Positions 58,865-60,584 of a DNA stretch of 60,584 nt are shown here, piece by piece. Positions within the stretch are counted from its first letter, which is position 1. The number at the start of each line of letters is the position of its first letter. This stretch comes from Clostridia bacterium (GTDB lineage: Bacteria; Bacillota; Peptococcia; Peptococcales; BICA1-8), in contig JASKKI010000006.1 of assembly GCA_030154225.1 (NCBI GenBank), forward strand, positions 1 through 60,584, in the 5' to 3' direction. The notes beneath the pieces are model-generated. The model worked only from the letters and a program-made list of their open reading frames with translations, had not been told where the DNA came from and did not search any database. The position numbers and the translations under genes are program-made.

Positions 58865-58890
58865 AAAACCACACCGAGAGGTGCGGTTTT
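58865..58890 (-). terminator. Terminator after the SNF transporter
   Basis: AAAACCGCACC...GGTGTGGTTTTT on the minus strand. Confidence 0.65.
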
Positions 58891-58893
58891 ATT

Positions 58894-60255
58894 TTAACCA
58901 ATAATACCCAAACCATTTAGTATTACAAAACCAATCACAATAGGAGCTACTATTTTAACAATAAAATTCCAAATAGGTACCCAAACGCCTGTAAACTGAC
59001 CATTATTTGTTACTTCTGCATTGGCTTTATTAAATTTCCAAACATAAGCAACAAATAGACAAATTAAGAGTCCACCGACACTCAGTAAGAAATCAGTTAA
59101 TGCTCCCAAGAAATCCATTAAATTTAAAGCACCTTTCCCAGGGAAGACTATAGTAAAGTCACTCCATAATCCATTGGATAAGGAACAAGCAACTCCTATT
59201 AAAGTTATAAGTGTTCCTACAACAATTGCCGCATTTTTTCTACTCCAACCAAGTTGGTCTTTAAGATAAGCAACTACACACTCTAAAATAGAAATTGATG
59301 AAGTAAGAGCAGCAAAACATAATAAAATAAAGAAAATGGCAGCAAATAATGCACCTAAAGGCATTTTATCAAATACGGACGGTAAAGTAGCAAATACCAG
59401 TCCCGCCCCCCCAGCTGGATCCATACCAACAGCAAATAATGCCGGGAAAATAGCAAAACCTGCTAGTATAGCAATAAGTGTATCTAAAGATGCCACTGTT
59501 AAAGCCGAAGAAGGTAAATTTTCTTTTTTTGATAGATAACTACCATAGGTAATCATGGTTCCCATTCCCAAACTTAATGAAAAGAAAGCCTGTCCTAGAG
59601 CTGATAAAATTACAGAACCATTAATTTTAGAAAAATCGGGATTTAAAAGAAATTTCAAACCTGCACTAGAGCCTGGTAAAGTAACACCCCGGATAATAAG
59701 TAATAATAAAATTATAAATATTACAGGCATTAATACCTTGCTCCATTTTTCAATACCACCTTGGATACCTAAAATTACAATAATTATGGTTAAAGCCATA
59801 AATACAACTTGCCATAATATAGGTTGTAAAGGATTAGTTATAAAGTTCACAAAACTTTCCATTGTTAAATTTGTTAAAGGAGTACTTACTGACTTAAAAG
59901 TATAAGCAATTGTCCACCCACCAACAACTCCATAAAATGATAAAATTACAAAGGCGGAAAAAACACCTAATGCACCTGTAATCCACCAGGGAGTTCCAGG
60001 AGCAAGCTTCTTAAAAGAACCTATTGCATCCAGACCACCTGCCCGTCCAATTGCAAACTCAGCTAACATAACTGATAAACCTATAAATAATACCGCTAAC
60101 AAATATACAAAAATGAAAGCTGCTCCGCCGTTTTCTCCAGCTAGATAAGGAAATCTCCATATATTTCCTAGACCAATAGCAGAACCTGCTGCTGCAAAGA
60201 TAAAACCTATCTTAGAACCCCAGCTTTCCCTTTGTACTGAACCGTTATTCTCCAC
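58894..60255 (-). CDS. Sodium-dependent transporter, SNF (NSS) family
   Basis: GSAIGLGNIWRFPY...GGAAF, GQAFFSLSLGMG, YGSY, ALTSSISILE. Confidence 0.95.
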   Translation of the reverse strand: MENNGSVQRESWGSKIGFIFAAAGSAIGLGNIWRFPYLAGENGGAAFIFVYLLAVLFIGLSVMLAEFAIGRAGGLDAIGSFKKLAPGTPWWITGALGVFSAFVILSFYGVVGGWTIAYTFKSVSTPLTNLTMESFVNFITNPLQPILWQVVFMALTIIIVILGIQGGIEKWSKVLMPVIFIILLLLIIRGVTLPGSSAGLKFLLNPDFSKINGSVILSALGQAFFSLSLGMGTMITYGSYLSKKENLPSSALTVASLDTLIAILAGFAIFPALFAVGMDPAGGAGLVFATLPSVFDKMPLGALFAAIFFILLCFAALTSSISILECVVAYLKDQLGWSRKNAAIVVGTLITLIGVACSLSNGLWSDFTIVFPGKGALNLMDFLGALTDFLLSVGGLLICLFVAYVWKFNKANAEVTNNGQFTGVWVPIWNFIVKIVAPIVIGFVILNGLGIIG

Positions 60256-60402
60256 TAAAATCCCTCCCCCTGTGGTGTTAAAAATTAATTTGTGTGGAGT
60301 GTATTATATTACTGCTTTAATAATACCTGTTCAATTACTATTTAACAATAGGTAAATATTTAACATTTAAAATATTTTTAAATAATTGTTTTTTAAAATT
60401 AA

Positions 60403-60430
60403 AAAAACTGCACATAATTGTGCAGTTTTT
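60403..60430. terminator. Terminator after the upstream SNF transporter
   Basis: AAAAACTGCACA-TAAT-TGTGCAGTTTTT. Confidence 0.8.
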
Positions 60431-60451
60431 ACAGTTTTTCAAATTTTTTAT

Positions 60452-60584
60452 TTAAAACTTCAATAATCCAACACCATTTAAGAACACCACAGCTATAGCG
60501 ATGGGAGCTAAATATCTACATAAGAACATGAAGATGTTCAAATAAGATACTGAAAGTTCTCCTTTGTTGGATAATTCCTCTTGT
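60452..60584 (-). CDS. C-terminal end of a second SNF-family transporter (partial, runs off the window)
   Basis: QEELSNKGELSVSYLNIFMFLCRYLAPIAIAVVFLNGVGLLKF*, paralogous to the C-terminus of 58894-60255 (EVTNNG...IVAPIVIGFVILNGLG). Confidence 0.8.
   Translation of the reverse strand, partial: QEELSNKGELSVSYLNIFMFLCRYLAPIAIAVVFLNGVGLLKF

Noticed and set aside
969-59905. Numerous plus-strand ORFs antisense to real genes (e.g. 969-1496, 26465-26923, 27124-27600, 46914-47504, 53297-53698)
   Set aside because: Shadow frames of well-supported minus-strand genes, with no RBS or motifs.
1-60584. CRISPR array, rRNA, T-box or canonical riboswitches, selenocysteine recoding
   Set aside because: No regularly spaced repeats, rRNA-like sequence, recognisable T-box or riboswitch consensus, or in-frame TGA-interrupted genes were seen by eye; an Rfam scan would be needed to exclude weak hits.

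Overview
Low-GC (roughly 30%) chromosomal segment of a spore-forming Clostridia-type firmicute (gene order resembles Peptococcaceae-like lineages), almost entirely on the minus strand. It is mostly conserved core and sporulation synteny. Reading minus strand from right to left: two SNF transporters, peptidase-T-like, DUF3866, (mciZ), nudF, endoQ, spoIIM, an alanine symporter, xerD-deoB-punA-pdp, dacF-spoIIAA-spoIIAB-sigF, spoVAC/D/Eb/Ea/F, a DUF2229x2 + CoA-activase triad, a tRNA nucleotidyltransferase, scpAB, ytfI-gerW, spmAB, rluB, lctP(frameshifted)-glcD-glcF, a HutP-like/TrpF-like/aroF-cmk-plsC-ispH:rpsA-fni block, DUF1614-spoIIP-YIEGIA-DUF3189x2, radical SAM-der-plsY-gpsA-spoIVA, thrR-hom-thrB-lysC and tRNA-Pro(GGG). 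The first ~750 bp are the decayed end of an element integrated at tRNA-Pro: an IS3 fragment, an array of Xer/dif-like tyrosine-recombinase sites and a broken integrase. The best novelty candidates are (1) an unexplained GC-rich, structured ~110-nt island inside the spoVA operon, (2) a HutP homologue lacking its His/Mg ligands, coupled to a degenerate TrpF-like protein and DAHP synthase behind a leader hairpin, (3) the Xer-like site array at the mobile-element junction, (4) a radical CoA-activase triad attached to spoVA, and (5) an N-terminally extended SpoVAC. All family assignments are from motif recognition by eye; no searches or folding programs were run.
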